Of a stretch of DNA of 64,000 bases, positions 61,136 to 64,000 are shown piece after piece. The position numbers and the translations under genes were made by a program. Positions within the stretch are counted from its first letter, which is position 1. Each line of letters opens with the position of its first letter. The notes under the pieces were generated by a model. The model was not told where the DNA came from. It saw nothing but the letters and a program-made list of their open reading frames with translations, and did no database searches. Origin of the DNA: Alphaproteobacteria bacterium (GTDB lineage: Bacteria > Pseudomonadota > Alphaproteobacteria > GCA-2746255). The DNA is taken from NCBI GenBank assembly GCA_021296325.1, contig JAGWAR010000006.1:33572-97571 (forward strand), given 5' to 3'.

Positions 61136-62395
61136 TTAACCCGCCGCCGAAAAGATCAGCGACGCATTCGTTCCGCCGAAACCGAAGGAATTCGAAAGCA
61201 CGGCCTTTACTTCCCGTTCCTTCGCCTCGTGCGGCACGAGATCCATGTCACAGCCTTCCGACGGATTTTCGAGATTAAGGGTCGGCGGCACGATGCCGTC
61301 CCGCATGGCGAGAATCGAGAAGATCGCCTCCGTGCTGCCCGCCGCCCCCAGCAGATGCCCGATCGACGACTTCGTGGACGACATGGACACCTTGTTGGCG
61401 GCGTTGCCGAAGAGGCGTTTGACCGCGCTATGCTCAATCTCGTCGCCAAGCGGCGTCGACGTGCCGTGGGCGTTGATGTAGTCGATGTCCTCGGGCTCCA
61501 TCTTCGCGCTCTTCAGCGCGTTGCGCATCGCCCGATAGGCACCGGAACCGTCCTCAGCCGGCGCCGTCACGTGATGGGCGTCGCCCGACATGCCGTACCC
61601 GACAAACTCCGCGTATATCGTCGCGCCGCGTTTCTTCGCGTGCTCGTATTCCTCCAGCACGACGACAGCGGCCCCTTCGCCGATGACGAAGCCGTCCCGG
61701 TCCTTGTCCCACGGGCGGGACGCCTTCTCCGGGGTCTCGTTGAAATGGGTGGAAAGGGCGCGCGCCGCCGCGAATCCCGCGACCCCGATCCGGCAGACGG
61801 CCGCTTCGGTGCCGCCGGCGACCATGACGTCGGCGTCTTCGCGCTGAATCATGCGGGCCGCGTCCCCGATCGCGTGCGCGCCCGTCGAACAGGCGGTAAC
61901 GACGGCGTGGTTCGGCCCGGTAAAGCCGTAACGGATCGAAACGTGGCCGGAAACCAGGTTGATCAGGGACGCCGGGATGAAGAAGGGGCTGATGCGCCGG
62001 GCGCCCTTTTCGTGCAGGGTAATGGAGGTGTTGTAGATGTGTTGAAGCCCGCCGATACCGGACCCGATCAAGACGCCGGTGCGCTCGCGGTCCTCGCCCC
62101 CCTCCGGTTTCCAGCCCGAATGCTCGACCGCCTGGGTCGCTGCCGCGACTCCATAGACGATGAAGTCGTCAACCTTGCGTTGTTCTTTTGGCTCCATCCA
62201 ATCATCGGGGTTGAATTCGCCCGGCCCGGTGCCGGCTGGAACGAGGCCCGCGATCTTCGAAGAAAGATCCGAAACGTCAAAAGTATCGATTTTGCGGATA
62301 CCGGATTCGCCTTTGACAAGACGCTGCCACGTGACGTCCACCCCGCACCCAAGGGGGGTGAGCAACCCCATTCCGGTAACGACAACCCGTCTCAT
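61136..62395 (-). CDS. fabF: 3-oxoacyl-ACP synthase II
   Basis: TACSTG, NAHGTST, GHLLGAAG, SFGFGGTN. Confidence 0.95.
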   Translation of the reverse strand: MRRVVVTGMGLLTPLGCGVDVTWQRLVKGESGIRKIDTFDVSDLSSKIAGLVPAGTGPGEFNPDDWMEPKEQRKVDDFIVYGVAAATQAVEHSGWKPEGGEDRERTGVLIGSGIGGLQHIYNTSITLHEKGARRISPFFIPASLINLVSGHVSIRYGFTGPNHAVVTACSTGAHAIGDAARMIQREDADVMVAGGTEAAVCRIGVAGFAAARALSTHFNETPEKASRPWDKDRDGFVIGEGAAVVVLEEYEHAKKRGATIYAEFVGYGMSGDAHHVTAPAEDGSGAYRAMRNALKSAKMEPEDIDYINAHGTSTPLGDEIEHSAVKRLFGNAANKVSMSSTKSSIGHLLGAAGSTEAIFSILAMRDGIVPPTLNLENPSEGCDMDLVPHEAKEREVKAVLSNSFGFGGTNASLIFSAAG

Positions 62396-62470
62396 GCTGA
62401 GCGATTTTTCCGCTCTGACGATCCAGGTGAACGATGCAACACGACGATCACCCGCTGGGATCCGAGCCTA

Positions 62471-62707
62471 TTACGATTCCGAGTTTTCGATAAAGTCGAC
62501 AGCATCTTTGATGGTGACAATCTTTTCCGCCACGTCGTCCGGAATCTCGACGTCGAATTCCTCCTCGAACGCCATGACCAACTCAACCGTATCCAGGCTG
62601 TCCGCACCGAGGTCATCAATGAAACTCGCGTTGCTAACGACTTTACCTTCATCGACACCAAGATGTTCAACGACGATTTTCTTCACGCGTTCCGCGACGT
62701 CACTCAT
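62471..62707 (-). CDS. acpP: Acyl carrier protein
   Basis: [14 protein letters not shown]. Confidence 0.96.
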   Translation of the reverse strand: MSDVAERVKKIVVEHLGVDEGKVVSNASFIDDLGADSLDTVELVMAFEEEFDVEIPDDVAEKIVTIKDAVDFIENSES

Positions 62708-62821
62708 TTCGACTTTTCCTTCGGAAGGTTCATTCAGATTCGGGTGTTAAATAAGGGAATTGCGTCGTTCGTAACACACTTTCCTGCCCTTTGCCAGCAC
62801 CGGCTAGACGGCGCATATCGG

Positions 62822-63559
62822 CTATATCATGGCCATCCCGCCGTTGATGTGCAAGGTCTGGCCAGTGACGTAGCCGGCCTCGTCGCTGGCCAAAAAGACG
62901 ACACCCGAGGCGACGTCTTCGGGGTTTCCCAAGCGGCCATTCGGTATCCGCTCGAGCAGTTTTTCCTTCTGGGCTTGCGCAAGCGCATCCGTCATGGCGG
63001 TCACGATGAAGCCCGGCGCAATGCAATTGACCGTGATGCCGCGTGAGGCAACTTCGACCGCCAGCGACTTCGACATGCCGATCATGCCGGCCTTTGACGC
63101 GGCATAGTTTGCCTGGCCGGGATTACCGGTGACACCGACGATCGAGGTGATGTTGACGATGCGCCCGAAGCGTTCCTTCATCATCCCGCGCAGGCAGGCG
63201 CGGCTCAACCGGAAGGCCGCCGTCAGATTCACGTCCAGCACCTCTTGCCACTCCTCGTCCTTCATCCGCATCATAAGATTGTCGCGGGTAAGGCCTGCGT
63301 TGTTGACGAGGATGTCGATCCGCCCCATCCGCTCCGCTGCCGCCTTGGCGAGCCGGTCCACCCCGTCCGGGTCGCCAAGATCGGCGACGATGACGTGGGC
63401 GCGCTCGCCCAGTTCCTTGGCAAGCGCTTCCAGCGCGTCCCGGCGCGTCCCCGAAAGGGCGACGGTGGCGCCGGCATCGGCCAGCGCACGGGCAACGGCG
63501 CCGCCGATCCCACCCGAAGCCCCCGTCACGAGTGCGTTTTTCCCGGTGAGATCAAACAT
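62822..63559 (-). CDS. fabG: 3-oxoacyl-ACP reductase
   Basis: TGASGGIG, NNAGLTRD, YAASK. Confidence 0.95.
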   Translation of the reverse strand: MFDLTGKNALVTGASGGIGGAVARALADAGATVALSGTRRDALEALAKELGERAHVIVADLGDPDGVDRLAKAAAERMGRIDILVNNAGLTRDNLMMRMKDEEWQEVLDVNLTAAFRLSRACLRGMMKERFGRIVNITSIVGVTGNPGQANYAASKAGMIGMSKSLAVEVASRGITVNCIAPGFIVTAMTDALAQAQKEKLLERIPNGRLGNPEDVASGVVFLASDEAGYVTGQTLHINGGMAMI

Positions 63560-63569
63560 CGTCCTCTCC

Positions 63570-64000
63570 TTATTTCAGGCTCGCCAAAAAGGCGTCCACG
63601 TCCGCCGGCGTGCCGACCGCAATGGACTGAAGCTCCCGGTCGATCCGGCGGGCAAGACCGCTCAACACCTTGCCAGCCCCAACCTCGACCAGCGCCGTAA
63701 CGCCCAGTGCCTGCATGCCAAGCACCGATTCCCGCCAGCGCACCATGCCCGTGACCTGCTCCACCAGAAGCTTGCGGATGGTTTCCGGGTCGCTGACGGC
63801 CTTCGCCGTCACGTTTGCCATCAATGGCACAACCGGCGGCGCAATGGAAACGTCGGCAAGGGCTTCCCGCATCCGCTCGGCCGCGGGCTGCATCAGCGGG
63901 CAATGGAAGGGCGCGCTGACCGGCAGGCGCACGCTTTTCTTCGCACCCCGCTCGGTGGCAAGCGCGATGGCGCGCTCGACCGCCGCCACGCTGCCGCTGA
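63570..64000 (-). CDS. fabD: Malonyl CoA-ACP transacylase (partial, C-terminus)
   Basis: VSAPFHCPLM, VRWRES, EVGAGKVL. Confidence 0.92.
   Translation of the reverse strand, partial: SGSVAAVERAIALATERGAKKSVRLPVSAPFHCPLMQPAAERMREALADVSIAPPVVPLMANVTAKAVSDPETIRKLLVEQVTGMVRWRESVLGMQALGVTALVEVGAGKVLSGLARRIDRELQSIAVGTPADVDAFLASLK

Noticed and set aside
61109-63046. 645-aa plus-strand ORF
   Set aside because: Antisense shadow of fabF/acpP/fabG.
1-64000. CRISPR array, rRNA or prophage structural genes
   Set aside because: No spaced direct-repeat array, rRNA-like sequence or phage structural motifs were seen on manual reading.

Overview
High-GC alphaproteobacterial (Rhodospirillales-like) chromosomal window in three parts. 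(1) About 1-13.2 kb: an assimilatory nitrate cluster (mobA, alginate-export-family porin, nrtA-nrtB-fused nrtCD, nirB, nirD, frameshifted nasA) with two sigma54/NtrC-like promoters. It is followed by a truncated tyrosine integrase abutting the 3' end of tRNA-Ser(GCT), suggesting a decayed genomic island. (2) 15143-18936: a complete 3.8-kb IS1-family transporter IS with perfect 20-bp IRs and an 8-bp target duplication. It carries six passenger genes: a RosmerTA-like pair (unknown protein plus XRE-ImmA/IrrE peptidase), a small basic protein, a 68-aa protein and two convergent Cys-rich mini-proteins. A shared 15-bp motif lies in two of its promoters. (3) About 19-64 kb: conserved core genes (gatCAB, ruvX, pyrBC, plsY, dprA, topA, rnr, rpmG, pleD-divK, eipB, aspS, rnd, hda, purMN, ndk, holC, pepA, lptFGD, surA, pdxA, rsmA, gmk, mltG, fabF, acpP, fabG, fabD). 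Short deletions in gatB and nasA, an ATT start in purM and several odd substitutions suggest the consensus sequence may contain errors. All product calls come from motif recognition and synteny; no database searches were run.
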